Below, in pieces: positions 30,353 to 41,790 of a DNA stretch of 64,000 nucleotides; position 1 is the first letter of the stretch; each line of letters opens with the position of its first letter. Both the position numbers and the translations under genes were made by a program. The stretch lies in contig CBDBPB010000002.1 in assembly GCA_965208615.1 (NCBI GenBank), positions 104,054-168,053 of the forward strand. The letters are read 5' to 3'. The notes under the pieces were generated by a model. The model did no database searches and was not told the origin of the DNA. It saw nothing but the letters and a program-made list of their open reading frames with translations. This DNA is from Spirochaetota bacterium. Its GTDB lineage: Bacteria; Spirochaetota; UBA6919; CBDBPB01.

Positions 30353-31806
30353 TAGATGTACTAGAATACACAAAGATACTCATACCGGTTATAATACTGA
30401 CCATTTCTGCACTTTTAGTTATGGTAGTGGAAGTTTTATTTAGTGAGGCATTGAAAAGGATAGTATCATTTTGCTTATCTATATTGGCTATATTTTTAGC
30501 TTTAGTGGTTTTATTGATTCAGGCGTTTGAGATTGGGTCTAGTGAGGTTATGATATTTGGTGGGTCTTTGTTGATAGACAAGTGGGCTATTGGATTTTCT
30601 ATAGTTATAGTTTTGGGTGCATTTATGGTACTTGTTGCCTCATACGACTATATTGGGCGTATAAACAGTAAGTTGGGGGAGTATTATAGTTTAATATTGT
30701 TTGCTGTTGTGGGGATGATATTTTTGGTTATGTCCAATGATATGATGACATTTTTCATTAGTTTTGAGGTTATGTCCATAGCAGTTTTTGTATTAGCTGG
30801 ATTTAATGTTGTTAATATAAGGTCTAACGAGTCGGCGTTCAAGTATTTTATATTGGGGGTATTTGCAACGGCTTTTATGATTATGGGCATTGCATTTATT
30901 TATGGTGCTACTGGTGAGATGAGATTCCAGGAGATTAGTCATATACTTGTTGGTATAGATGGGGTTGATTATTATTTTGGTTTATTTGGATTAGGTTTAA
31001 TATTGGTTGGATTTTTATTTAAGGTTGGCACTTTCCCTTTTCACCAGTGGATACCTGATGTATATGAGGGTGCACCTACATCGGTTACTGCATTTATGTC
31101 TACTGTGGTTAAGGTTGCTGGTTTTGCTATTATTATAAGGGTACTATTTATAGTTTTCAGTTATGAGGCTTACAGTGAGAAGTGGATTAATATTTTGACT
31201 GTTGTTAGCATTTTAACAATGATAGCTGGTAATTTTATGGCACTTGTACAGGATAACATAAAGCGTCTTTTGGCCTATTCTGGTATTGCACATAGCGGAT
31301 ATATACTTTTAGCTGTTATTGCTGCTAAGGTGGGTGGTGGTGATATTAGTCCTGTTATATTTTATTTATTGACTTACACGATAATGACAATTGGTGCATT
31401 TGTTGTACTTATTGGTGCTGGGGATAAGGGTTGTGATGTTGAGAATATTGATGAGATAAGGGGTCTTGGATATAAGAATAAGTTTTTAGGATTTTCCATG
31501 TCATTTTTCTTTTTTTCATTAGCGGGTATACCGTCTACGGCTGGGTTTATGGCTAAGTTTTTTATATTTAAGAGTGTTATAGGTTCTGGCTTATATATGC
31601 TTGCGGTTATAGGTATACTTACTGCCATAGTTTCGGTTTATTATTATATTAGGGTAGTTGTTTATCTTTACATGAAGGATGAGGCTAGTAACTTTACTTA
31701 TCACAAGCCATCTTTTGGGTATAGTTTTATTACTTTTATGGCTATAATTTTAACATTTCTTTTTGGTATATTACCCCAGTTTGGTTTTTATTTTCTTCAC
31801 ATTTAG
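30349..31806 (+). CDS. nuoN: NADH-quinone oxidoreductase subunit N
   Basis: ESAFKYF, PFHQWIPDVYEGAPT, KRLLAYS. Confidence 0.95.
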   Translation: MIDVLEYTKILIPVIILTISALLVMVVEVLFSEALKRIVSFCLSILAIFLALVVLLIQAFEIGSSEVMIFGGSLLIDKWAIGFSIVIVLGAFMVLVASYDYIGRINSKLGEYYSLILFAVVGMIFLVMSNDMMTFFISFEVMSIAVFVLAGFNVVNIRSNESAFKYFILGVFATAFMIMGIAFIYGATGEMRFQEISHILVGIDGVDYYFGLFGLGLILVGFLFKVGTFPFHQWIPDVYEGAPTSVTAFMSTVVKVAGFAIIIRVLFIVFSYEAYSEKWINILTVVSILTMIAGNFMALVQDNIKRLLAYSGIAHSGYILLAVIAAKVGGGDISPVIFYLLTYTIMTIGAFVVLIGAGDKGCDVENIDEIRGLGYKNKFLGFSMSFFFFSLAGIPSTAGFMAKFFIFKSVIGSGLYMLAVIGILTAIVSVYYYIRVVVYLYMKDEASNFTYHKPSFGYSFITFMAIILTFLFGILPQFGFYFLHI

Positions 31807-31981
31807 TAACTTCACTATTACTTTGTGGCTAACAGTTAATTAAGCATATCATTATTTTTTTATAAAATGTAGAATGTATAGCATAAATAGCATAACTAAA
31901 CTTGCCTTAGTGTATTTTTCTGTTAGCTTTTATATGGGTTATGTGATCTTTGGATTTATATTTTATTAAAGGTTAGATTTT

Positions 31982-34397
31982 ATGAGTGGTGTTAGTTGTA
32001 GTCATTGTTTATTACCTTTCCCAGAGAGGGATGCGGTTTATGCTAATGGGGATGATAAAAAGGTTTTTTGTTGTCATGGATGTTTAACTGTGTATGATAT
32101 TATTAATAGTGAGGGGCTTAGTGATTTTTATGAAAAGAGGGATTGGGATAGTAATACTATTAAGTTTGACTTTAAGAAGGATATTGATATAAAGTCTTTT
32201 GTCCAATATGTTATAGACAAAGGGGATAAAAAAGAGATAAACATATTTATTGAGGGTATACACTGTTCATCTTGTGTTTGGCTTAACGAAAAGATACTTA
32301 CCAGGACTGATGGTATTGAGTATGCTATGGTTAACTATGCTAGTCATAGGGCGAAGATTATTTGGGATCCTAATATTATAGGGCTTAAGGCTATTTTAGA
32401 TAGGATTATGTCCATAGGTTATGTACCAAAGGTTTATTCTGAGTCTGAGAAGATTAAGCTTCAGAAAGCCGAAAATAGGACTTTGTTGATAAGGTTGGGT
32501 ACGGCTATTTTTCTATCCATGCAGCTTATGTTGTATAGTGTTGCGTTGTACGCTGGTTTTTTTCATGGTATTGATTATAGTTATAAGCTTACTTTTGAGT
32601 TAATAGCTTTAGTTATAACAACGCCAATATTGTTTTATTCTGGTATGCCGTTTATGAGGTCTACGGTAAGGGCGTTTAGGCGTTTAAGGTTTAATATGGA
32701 CTCCCTTATTGTGATAGGTTCTGGTTCTGCATATTTGTATAGTATATATCAGATAACTGTGGGGGGAAAGGTATATTTTGACACATCTGCAATGATTATA
32801 ACGTTAATCCTTGTTGGCAGGTATTTAGAGTCATTGGCTAAGGAGAGTGCGTCTAAGACAATAGAAAAGCTTATTAATCTTAGTCCAAAGGAAGCTAGAC
32901 TTATTAGTGGTGATAAACGGGATATGGTACTACTCACTTTCCTTAAGGTGGGGGATGTAGTTGAGGTTTTACCTGGTGAGAAAGTCCCTACTGATGGGGT
33001 TATAGTTAGTGGTGAGTCTGAGGTTAACGAGTCTATTATCACTGGGGAGTCTAAGCCTATACAGAAGGTCATTGGGGATAAGGTTATTGGTGGTACTATA
33101 AACATGTATGGGGTTATAAGGTTTGAGGTTAGCAGTGTTCTTGAGAATACAGTACTTTTTGGTATTATTAGGGCTGTTGAGGATGCTCAAGCACGAAAGC
33201 CTAAGATACAGTCTATTGCTGATCGTATAGTGGGAGTTTTTGTACCCTTTATATTAATTTTGTCGTTATCTACTATTATTACTTATATTGTGCTTGGTAC
33301 TACTATTCACGAGGCATTACTTACGGGTATATCTATTTTAGTTATTGCATGTCCGTGTAGTTTGGGATTGGCCACTCCATTGGCTGTATTGGTATTTACT
33401 AACTCTGCGTCATCAAGGGGTATACTTATTAAGGGTGGTGAGGTTATAGAGAATGTTAGTAGGCTTAGTCACATTGTTTTTGACAAGACTGGTACCATTA
33501 CCTTAGGCAAGCCTAAACTAAAAGAGATCATATTATACGATGATAATATAAATCAGGATTATCTTTTATCTATTACGGCATCTATAGAGAGGTTATCCGA
33601 GCATAGTATTGCTCATGCTATTAATGACAGTGCTTTTGATGTTGATTTATTTGATGTGGATAGTTTTAAGGCTTTACCGGGTAGTGGGGTACGGGGTATT
33701 GTTAAAGGCAAGGAAGTTTTTATTGGTAATAGGGAGCTTATGGATGGCATAGGTATTAATAGTTCATACTTGGATAGGGATGATATTATACATAATTTTG
33801 AGTCTTGTGGTAATACTGTTATATTTACGGCATGGGCTAATGTAGTTAGGGGAGCATTTATTATATCTGACGTTATTAGGGATGAGGCTAAGGCTGTTAT
33901 TGATGATCTTAAGCTTAGATTTAATTTATCCATAGTCAGTGGGGATAATAGACTAACCACTACTGCTATTGCTAATGAGGTTGGTATAAAGAGTATTATA
34001 TCTGAGGCTTCACCTATTAAAAAAAGGGAGTTTATTCATAATTTACAGGCTGATAAACATAGGGTTATGATGGTTGGGGATGGGATTAATGATGCACCTG
34101 GATTAACTGAGTCGGCTGTTGGCATTGCAATGGGTCGGGGTACTGATATTGCTATGGACAGTGCTGATGCTGTATTAATTAGGGATAGTCTTTCAGTTAT
34201 TCCTTATTTTAATTAGGTTATCGTCATATACCTTTGGGATTATAAAGCAGAACATATTTTGGGCATTTTTTTATAATGTTATAGCCATACCTTTAGCGGT
34301 TATGAATATATTGCATCCAATAGTGGCAGCAGCCGCTATGGTGACCAGCTCATTATTTGTGGTATTCAATTCTCTTAGGATCAGGTTAAAGGATTAG
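31982..34397 (+). CDS. ccoI: Heavy-metal P1B ATPase, CcoI/FixI type (frameshift ~34212)
   Basis: N-terminal CSHC...FCCHGC, CSSC, CPC, DKTGT, GDGINDAP; IIKQNIFWAFFYN continues in alternate frame; ccoS follows. Confidence 0.88.
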
Positions 34398-34417
34398 TTT
34401 TATTTTACGGAGGTTGT

Positions 34418-34558
34418 ATGTGGACAATATTTTATTTAATAGGGGTTTCGTTAGTACTTGGTATAGGTGTATGGTTATTTTTCATGTGGGCGGTTAAGAG
34501 TGGTCAGTTTGAGGATTCTGAGGATGCAAAGTATAGGATGCTTGATGATGATGATTGA
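34418..34558 (+). CDS. ccoS: cbb3-type cytochrome oxidase maturation protein
   Basis: MWTIFYLIGVSLVLGIGVWLFFMWAVKSGQFEDSEDAKYRMLDDDD; GGAGG RBS; below the ORF-track size cutoff. Confidence 0.93.
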   Translation: MWTIFYLIGVSLVLGIGVWLFFMWAVKSGQFEDSEDAKYRMLDDDD

Positions 34559-34601
34559 CATTATATAAGTGGGTTTATAACTATTTATTAGAGTAGTTTT
34601 T

Positions 34602-34856
34602 ATGAATGATAGTTTATTATTAGAACAGTAGGGTGCTGATGTTGTTATTGCAAGGGATAGTAAAGTGTTTATAGCTGATAAACTATCAAAAGTAAATAAA
34701 AGACAACTAAATGAGCTTTTTGTTCTTTGAATTGAACTTCGTGGTAATAGCGGTTACAAGAGGTTTGGAGAGGTGCTTGACAAGCTTAGCATTCCATATA
34801 ATAGTTTAGATAATGGTCTTAATTCATTAGATAGTATATTTACTAAAGTTTTTTAA
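34602..34856 (+). pseudogene. Short degenerate ORF with two in-frame stops
   Basis: MNDSLLLEQ*GADVVIARDSKVF...ELFVL*IELRGNSGYKRFGEVLDKLSIPY...KVF*. Confidence 0.35.
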
Positions 34857-35014
34857 ATAGTTGTTTTCTTTATTATATTGACCTTTTATATAGATATTAC
34901 TATCTTTATTTTTCAATAAATAGTATTTGAAAATATATTCTTTATACTATATTTTATATATTATTATTCATTTGCATAATTTATTAACTGCATAAGGCAG
35001 GGGCGAGAGTATTT

Positions 35015-36700
35015 ATGGAAAAGACAGGAGCACAGATTACCATAGACTTTTTAAAGCATCATAAGGTTGAGGTTATATTTGGTATACCGGGTGGAGCTAC
35101 CTTACCTATTTATGATGAGCTTTATAAGGCTGATATAAGGCATATTCTAACGAGGCATGAGCAGGGTGCAATACATGCGGCTGAGGGTTATGCTAAGGCA
35201 ACTGGTAAGGTTGGAGTTTGTTTAGCAACATCAGGTCCAGGGGCTACTAATTTAGTTACTGGATTAGCTGATGCTAAAATGGATTCTGTTCCTATATTGG
35301 CTATTACTGGACAGGTTGCAACGGGGTTTATAGGGACTGATGCCTTTCAGGAGGCTGATATTTATGGTATTAGCACTCCCATAACTAAGTATAACAAGTT
35401 GGTTAAGGATGTGGATGAGTTGGCATCCACTTTAGAAGAGGCATATTTTATAGCTGGTTCGAGGCGTCCAGGTCCTGTTTTGGTAGATATTCCAAAGGAT
35501 ATTCAAATTGCAAAGACCAGGAAGGTTAAGTATGTTAATGCTTTACCATTTGTTATACGTGAGCGTTATGAGAATATTGAGCCTGTGGGTAATTTTAAGG
35601 CTCTTGCTACGGCGATTAATGAGGCTAAGAGGCCTCTTATTTATGTTGGTGGTGGTGGGGTAATATCTGGTGCTGATAAAGAGATTATTGCTTTGGCTGA
35701 GAAAGCTAACATACCAGTTACTACAACCTTAAAGGGTTTGGGTGCTTTTCCTAGTGCACATAAACTGTATCTTGGTATGCTTGGTATGCATGGTACAAGG
35801 GCCGCTAATAATGCTGTATGTCAGTGTGATTTATTAATTGCTTTAGGGGCTAGGTTTGATGATAGGGTTACTGGTAAGTTGGATGCATTTGCTAGGCAGG
35901 CTAAAATTATTCATATTGATATTGACAAGGCTGAGTTAGGTAAGCTTATTACCCCTACTTACTCTATTGTAGGGGATCTTAAAAAGGCATTATATATTAT
36001 TCTTCCTTATATTGATCTTAAGGATAGGGCTGAATGGGTTGCTCAGACTTATAAGTGGAAGAGTGATTATCCTCTAACCTATGACAGAGAGGATAAGGAT
36101 AATATAAAGCCTCAGTATTTTTTAGAGGAGCTTAGTGAGACTATAAAGGCTGATAACTTTATTATATCAACGGATGTTGGACAGCATCAGATGTGGTCAG
36201 CACAGTTTATTCAGTTTTCCAATACCAGGACTTTTTTAACATCAGGTGGATTGGGTACAATGGGTTATGGGTTTCCAGCGGCTATGGGTGCAAAAGTGGG
36301 TTGTCCTGACTCTAATGTTATTCTTATTGCTGGAGATGGTAGTATTCAGATGAACATTCAGGAATTAGCCACAGTAGCTAGCGAGAATATAGCTGTAAAA
36401 ATAGTTATTTTGAATAATGGTGTTTTAGGCATGGTTCATCAGTGGCAGGATATGTTTTTTGAAAAGCGTTATTCTCATTCGGAGTTTAAGGGTATACCTG
36501 ATTTTGTTAAGCTTGCTGAAGCTTATGGTTTAAATGCTAAGCGTATAACTAATAAGAGTGAGGTTAAAGAGGGCATTGACTTTCTTTTAAACTCTGAGAA
36601 AACGGTTATATTGGATGTAATTATACCTTCTAATGAGATGGTTTTTCCTATGGTACCTGTTGGAGCCTCTTTACACGAAATGATTGATTATCAGGAGTAG
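35015..36700 (+). CDS. ilvB: Acetolactate synthase large subunit
   Basis: FGIPGGA, RHEQGA, TDVGQHQMW, GDGS, LNN. Confidence 0.96.
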   Translation: MEKTGAQITIDFLKHHKVEVIFGIPGGATLPIYDELYKADIRHILTRHEQGAIHAAEGYAKATGKVGVCLATSGPGATNLVTGLADAKMDSVPILAITGQVATGFIGTDAFQEADIYGISTPITKYNKLVKDVDELASTLEEAYFIAGSRRPGPVLVDIPKDIQIAKTRKVKYVNALPFVIRERYENIEPVGNFKALATAINEAKRPLIYVGGGGVISGADKEIIALAEKANIPVTTTLKGLGAFPSAHKLYLGMLGMHGTRAANNAVCQCDLLIALGARFDDRVTGKLDAFARQAKIIHIDIDKAELGKLITPTYSIVGDLKKALYIILPYIDLKDRAEWVAQTYKWKSDYPLTYDREDKDNIKPQYFLEELSETIKADNFIISTDVGQHQMWSAQFIQFSNTRTFLTSGGLGTMGYGFPAAMGAKVGCPDSNVILIAGDGSIQMNIQELATVASENIAVKIVILNNGVLGMVHQWQDMFFEKRYSHSEFKGIPDFVKLAEAYGLNAKRITNKSEVKEGIDFLLNSEKTVILDVIIPSNEMVFPMVPVGASLHEMIDYQE

Positions 36701-36706
36701 AATATA

Positions 36707-37198
36707 ATGAAACACACTATATTATTGAGGGTTTTAAATAGTGCTGGGGTAATGTCTCATGTAGTTGGTTTATTTGCAAGACGTGGATATAATATTGATA
36801 GTATTGCTGTTGGAGTATGTGATGACCCTAGTGAAAGTGTTATTACCTTTGTAGTGGATGATAAGGGTAGTTATGATATAATAAAGCAGGTTGATAGTCA
36901 ACTTCAGAAGTTACCTGGGGTAATAAGTGTTAGGGACTTTTTATATAATGAGTCTGTTAATCGTGAATTAGCACTTATACTTGTTAGGTTTAAGAACAAA
37001 GAGGAGCAGTTAGAGGCTCTTGAGATTGTAAATGCTTTTGGGGCTAATGTTGAGGATATGACTGAGGATACTCTTTTAATAGACATAGCTAGTTTGAGTA
37101 GAAAGGTACGTGCACTTATTGGCATATTGTCTAAGAAGTTTGAGATTATAGAGATGGCAAGAACGGGTGAGATTGCTCTTCCATATCAGACTGGATAG
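36707..37198 (+). CDS. ilvN: Acetolactate synthase small subunit
   Basis: LFARRGYNIDS, EMARTG. Confidence 0.94.
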   Translation: MKHTILLRVLNSAGVMSHVVGLFARRGYNIDSIAVGVCDDPSESVITFVVDDKGSYDIIKQVDSQLQKLPGVISVRDFLYNESVNRELALILVRFKNKEEQLEALEIVNAFGANVEDMTEDTLLIDIASLSRKVRALIGILSKKFEIIEMARTGEIALPYQTG

Positions 37199-37199
37199 A

Positions 37200-37604
37200 T
37201 TATTTAATTCCTTTTAAGTGTAAGAATGATATATATTGTTTATCTACTACTTTTATATGGTTTAGTAGCCAATCTATTAAGAACCTTCCGATTTGTGGTA
37301 TTAGGAATTTGTTATCTCCGTTATTAAGTTTACTTTTAAAGTCTTTTATTTTGTTTTTAAAGGTATTATGGATTTCTTTATGCTCGTCAAATTCGGGATA
37401 GTTATTTTCAGATAATAGATTTTCTTCGTACGCAAGGTGATAATCCATATAATTAAATAAGGAGTCTATTATATTTTTTATTTTACTATTATTATGTCTA
37501 CTTATTAGTAATTCATTAATTAACTCTACTAGTTTTTTATGTTGCTTATCAATTTCTTTTATATCGATGTTATAACTTTTATCCCAATCGATTACTAGTT
37601 TCAT
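37200..37604 (-). CDS. Bacteriohemerythrin
   Basis: IDKQHKKL, H...EE, H...H, WLLNHI..VD. Confidence 0.92.
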   Translation of the reverse strand: MKLVIDWDKSYNIDIKEIDKQHKKLVELINELLISRHNNSKIKNIIDSLFNYMDYHLAYEENLLSENNYPEFDEHKEIHNTFKNKIKDFKSKLNNGDNKFLIPQIGRFLIDWLLNHIKVVDKQYISFLHLKGIK

Positions 37605-38016
37605 TTATTAGTTGCCCTCCTTTTGCGGTTTAAAACTGAACTTAGTATTATATTGAGTTTTTAAAATTATAATTTTGTTTTTGTATTAGGAAATACAATA
37701 TAATAACTAAAAAAAGTAAATCAATATGATCATTGTTATTTTATAAAATATTTGTTAGTCAATCTATTTTTTTATTAAATGTTATAGATATTAAAACGTT
37801 TACATAATATTTACATCTACCACCCAATAACTAAATCATTAACCAATACTAACTCTGAATTGTTAAATTATCCTAAAACATTTTTTATTATATTTATCCG
37901 CAATCTTGTTAAAAAAAGTGTTAATTAAAATATAGTAAAAATGCTTTAATTAATAACTATATCCACTTGTTTACTAAACCAATTTATAACTATAAAATAA
38001 CTAAAGGCTATCAACA

Positions 38017-39633
38017 ATGAAAAGTAAAATAATTGCTTTAAAATTAACTATACTACTTATTATGGGATGTAGTGATACTAAACATTCTCCAACATATTAT
38101 TCTCCTAAAAAAAAAGATAGTAGTGCCTTATTTAGTAATAGATATTCTGAAAAAAAAGCATACCTCAATGAAAAAAGAGTCTTGCCCCCTGAGCTAAAGG
38201 ATAGAGAAAAATATGAGTATTACGGCGAGAACCCCAGAACCAGTCCACTGATTAATCCTGTTAGCACTTTCAGCATTGACGTGGATACTGCTAGCTATAC
38301 AAATGCAAGAAGATATATTAATAGAATGAATAAACTACCTCCAAAGTCGTCTATCAGAGTGGAAGAGTTCATAAACTATTTTGACTATAATTATCCTCTA
38401 CCAAAAAGTAATAATCCCTTTTCGATTAACTTTGAACTTGCTCAGTCCCCCTTTGACAACAATAGACTATTACTGCATATAGGCCTTAAGGGCAAGGAAA
38501 TACCATTCGAAAAAAGACCTGCATCTAATTTGGTATTTCTTCTGGATGTATCTGGATCTATGAACTCAGAGTTTAAGCTGGGACTGCTTAAAAAAGCACT
38601 TATTATGCTTACTGATCAGATGACTGAAAAAGATAAAGTTAGTATTGTTGTATACGCTGGTTCATCCGGAGTTGTTCTACTACCCACTAATGGTAATAAA
38701 AAAGCTGAAATTAAAAATGCTCTTAATAGGCTAAGTGCTGGTGGTAGTACTGCTGGATCAGAGGGTATTCAGTTGGCGTATAAAATGGCTGAAAGGGCTT
38801 ATATAAAAAACGGCATTAATCGTGTTATCCTTGCCACTGATGGGGATTTTAACGTTGGTATAACAGATCACAAGGAACTTATTACTCTTATTGAAAATAA
38901 AAGAAAATCTGGGATAGCCTTAACTGTTTTGGGTTTTGGTATGTGGAACCTTAATGATAGAACTATGGAACAGCTAGCTAATAAGGGTAATGGTAACTAT
39001 TTCTATATTGATAGCTCAAACGAAGCAAAAAAAGTATTGGTTAATGAATTAGGCTCTACCCTTCAGATTATTGCTAAGGACGTTAAAGTTCAGATCGAGT
39101 TTAATCCTAAGTATATATCCTCTTATAGGCTTATTGGATATGAAAATAGAAAGCTATCCAAAGAGCAGTTTGACGATGACACCGTTGATGCTGGGGATAT
39201 TGGTGCAGGACATAGTATAACAGCTATTTATGAGCTTACTATGACCAGTAGAGCTAAGGATCAGATGAATCTACGCTATGGTGAGGAGCATAGCACTATT
39301 AAAAAAGGTATTAAAAAAACTAATACCACCTTTAAAGATGAAATTGCCTTTTTTAAACTTAGGTATAAGCCTGATAACGGCAAGGTTAGCAAGTTGATTA
39401 CAAAACCTTTGTTAAAAAGTGATCTTATTACTAATAAGCCCAGTAATAATTTTATTTTCTCAGCGTCTGTGGCATACTTTGCTCAAAAGCTTAGGGAGAG
39501 CAAGTATTCTAAGGGTATAGGTTATAATAAGATTCTTAATATGATGGCTAGTAGTAAAGGTGAGGATAAATGGGGATATAGACAAGAATGCGAAAACCTT
39601 ATTAGAAAAGCAAAGACTATATCAAAGGGATAA
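38017..39633 (+). CDS. YfbK-like VWA-domain lipoprotein
   Basis: STFSIDVDTASY, RVEEFINYF, DVSGSM, LATDGDFNVG, YRLIGYENR; IMGC lipobox. Confidence 0.92.
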   Translation: MKSKIIALKLTILLIMGCSDTKHSPTYYSPKKKDSSALFSNRYSEKKAYLNEKRVLPPELKDREKYEYYGENPRTSPLINPVSTFSIDVDTASYTNARRYINRMNKLPPKSSIRVEEFINYFDYNYPLPKSNNPFSINFELAQSPFDNNRLLLHIGLKGKEIPFEKRPASNLVFLLDVSGSMNSEFKLGLLKKALIMLTDQMTEKDKVSIVVYAGSSGVVLLPTNGNKKAEIKNALNRLSAGGSTAGSEGIQLAYKMAERAYIKNGINRVILATDGDFNVGITDHKELITLIENKRKSGIALTVLGFGMWNLNDRTMEQLANKGNGNYFYIDSSNEAKKVLVNELGSTLQIIAKDVKVQIEFNPKYISSYRLIGYENRKLSKEQFDDDTVDAGDIGAGHSITAIYELTMTSRAKDQMNLRYGEEHSTIKKGIKKTNTTFKDEIAFFKLRYKPDNGKVSKLITKPLLKSDLITNKPSNNFIFSASVAYFAQKLRESKYSKGIGYNKILNMMASSKGEDKWGYRQECENLIRKAKTISKG

Positions 39634-39638
39634 TTAAC

Positions 39639-40706
39639 CTATCTTATAAATCCTTTAGTTTTGTTAAACTCTTTTATAAACATGGATATTCCTTTTGCTA
39701 TACCTGATGCACTATTATTTTGGTAGGTTCTAGTTTTTATATATTTAGCTTCTTTTTTATTTGATAAAAATCCTACCTCTACTAGGATAGAAGGAAGATT
39801 ATTATAGGTGATAACAAAAAAAGGTTTACGAGCCTTAATACCGCGATTAATAGTATACCTTTTTACTTTTTTATATAGCTCATTATTAACAAGCTCTGCT
39901 AATCTGTATGATTCTTTACTAATTTCCAGATTATACATTTGAGTAATGATACTCCTAGCTTCTTTGTTATAGGAAAGAGGTTTTACTAGTTTTGTTATAT
40001 AAGTTATCCTGTCTTTTCTCTTATCATTAACTTTGGAAGAATAAAAAAAGGTCTCAATACCGTAGCTATCCTTATTCAGTGAGGCATTGGCGTGTATGCT
40101 TACGAATAAACCATGGTTATTTGACTTAGTAAGTTTAATTGCCATAAGGTTTCTTTTCTCTAAGGACAAAAATCTATCATCTTGTCTGGTAAGGATTATT
40201 GGTATATTTGGATTAGAACGTTGTAAAAGCTTTTTTACCCTTTTTGCTATGGATAAATTTATATGTTTTTCTTTTATACCGTTATTAATGTTACCTGGGT
40301 CTTTACCGCCGTGTCCTGGATCAATTAGTATAAACTTGATTTTAGTATTTTTATCTTTTGCTTTATAAGCCGGATTAGCATATTTAGTTTTTAGAGACTT
40401 TAACCTATGAATAAACATCTTAGGTAGTATTATTCGTCCATTTTTAGTGGTAATGGGGTAGTCTAATAGCCATATTTGTTGTTTTCCATTTAGACCTTTC
40501 ACAATGGTGGATCTTGAGTTTAAAAGAAAGTGTATTTTGTATAAGTTATTTTTTAGGATAAAGCTTTCTTTTTGGATGTTAATTTCTAGTTTAAATCTGT
40601 TTTTTTTCAAAAAAGCTTTTAGGTATATATAACTGCTATTTTTGCCTTGTACTACATTTACCAGTAATAAAGTAATAATGATTAAGGTTATCTTTTTTAG
40701 AACCAA
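39639..40706 (-). CDS. N-acetylmuramoyl-L-alanine amidase (Amidase_3)
   Basis: IDPGHGGKDPG, FVSIHAN, LVEVGFLSN. Confidence 0.93.
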   Translation of the reverse strand: MVLKKITLIIITLLLVNVVQGKNSSYIYLKAFLKKNRFKLEINIQKESFILKNNLYKIHFLLNSRSTIVKGLNGKQQIWLLDYPITTKNGRIILPKMFIHRLKSLKTKYANPAYKAKDKNTKIKFILIDPGHGGKDPGNINNGIKEKHINLSIAKRVKKLLQRSNPNIPIILTRQDDRFLSLEKRNLMAIKLTKSNNHGLFVSIHANASLNKDSYGIETFFYSSKVNDKRKDRITYITKLVKPLSYNKEARSIITQMYNLEISKESYRLAELVNNELYKKVKRYTINRGIKARKPFFVITYNNLPSILVEVGFLSNKKEAKYIKTRTYQNNSASGIAKGISMFIKEFNKTKGFIR

Positions 40707-40837
40707 TTATAATTCCCCTTATAAAATAAGGGATCGGGATTTTATCTTGTTAGTTTAAGGCGTGAAGGATATTTTAACTTAAATATATAAAACTATAGCT
40801 TAATATTAAAAGATATTGCTAGCTTTATACTTATACA

Positions 40838-41419
40838 TTAATCATGGCTATACATTCTTTGTTCTTTATCTATTTTTGGTAGTCTTAATAGTTGTTTTTC
40901 TATTGGTTTTTTTAACTCAGCTTCTATATACTTAGCACGATCGGCAATAGTGGGAGGATCTTTATCAATACCCCTTAGGAACTTCCATAGCCATCCTGGC
41001 CCTTCACTAATTTCTGGATTTAATTTTATAGCTTTCTTATAATCTGCTACTGCGAGTTTGTATTCACCCATATAGTCGTTTACTATACCCCTATTGGCAT
41101 AGGCGCCAGCAAACTCACTATCAATATCTATAGCCTTATCTATGTTCTTAAGAGCCATATCAAGCTTATTTAACTTTAGATAAGCTATACCTAAACCAAG
41201 ATAGGCATTAGGATGTTTAGGATTAACTTTAATAGCTTCTTTAAACTCGTCTATTGCCTCGTTAAAATTACCATCTTCTAAACGATGATTACCAGATTTA
41301 ACATGATAATCTCCTGGTGTATCGTCTCTGTTAACGTAAAAATAAGCCACAATTCCAATACCAATTAATATAATAACAGCTAATATACCGCTATATGAAC
41401 TTTTACCAAAACCAGTCAT
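40838..41419 (-). CDS. Membrane-anchored TPR protein
   Basis: N-terminal TM segment and three TPR units (AYLGLG, AYANRG). Confidence 0.85.
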   Translation of the reverse strand: MTGFGKSSYSGILAVIILIGIGIVAYFYVNRDDTPGDYHVKSGNHRLEDGNFNEAIDEFKEAIKVNPKHPNAYLGLGIAYLKLNKLDMALKNIDKAIDIDSEFAGAYANRGIVNDYMGEYKLAVADYKKAIKLNPEISEGPGWLWKFLRGIDKDPPTIADRAKYIEAELKKPIEKQLLRLPKIDKEQRMYSHD

Positions 41420-41665
41420 TTAGTTTGAACCTCCAAAGGTTTTATAAATTATTACTCGGGTAAATAAAAAAGCAAATGTCATTGATATAATAGCAGCAAA
41501 ATATAAAGCTCTTTTTGTTACTTTTTCTAATTCTTCCTTAGATATTGCCCTATTATTCTTCTTCTGAAACCGGTTTATGCCCATATTAGTTATAAGCTTT
41601 CTAATAGGAAAAAATAATGCAGTGCCTAATAAAATAGACGAAATTGTGTACCATGCTGTTAGCAA
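41420..41665 (-). CDS. Small two-TM membrane protein
   Basis: AAGGAG RBS, two hydrophobic segments, abuts the TPR gene. Confidence 0.7.
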   Translation of the reverse strand: MLTAWYTISSILLGTALFFPIRKLITNMGINRFQKKNNRAISKEELEKVTKRALYFAAIISMTFAFLFTRVIIYKTFGGSN

Positions 41666-41756
41666 TGAAATCTCCTTTAGTTTTATTATTTGTAATAAGT
41701 ATAATAAAAGATTTAATATTAAGAAGTGAAAGTGTAAGGTAATAAAAATGTTTAGA

Positions 41757-41779
41757 TAAGAGGGGCTAAGCCCCTCTTA
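41757..41779 (-). terminator. Hairpin/terminator downstream of the symporter
   Basis: TAAGAGGGGC-taa-GCCCCTCTTA, perfect 10-bp stem. Confidence 0.75.
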
Positions 41780-41790
41780 ATTATAGTTTA

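Noticed and set aside
31879-31893. TAGCATAAATAGCA shared with the 115-bp repeat
   Set aside because: Too short and AT-rich to distinguish from chance.
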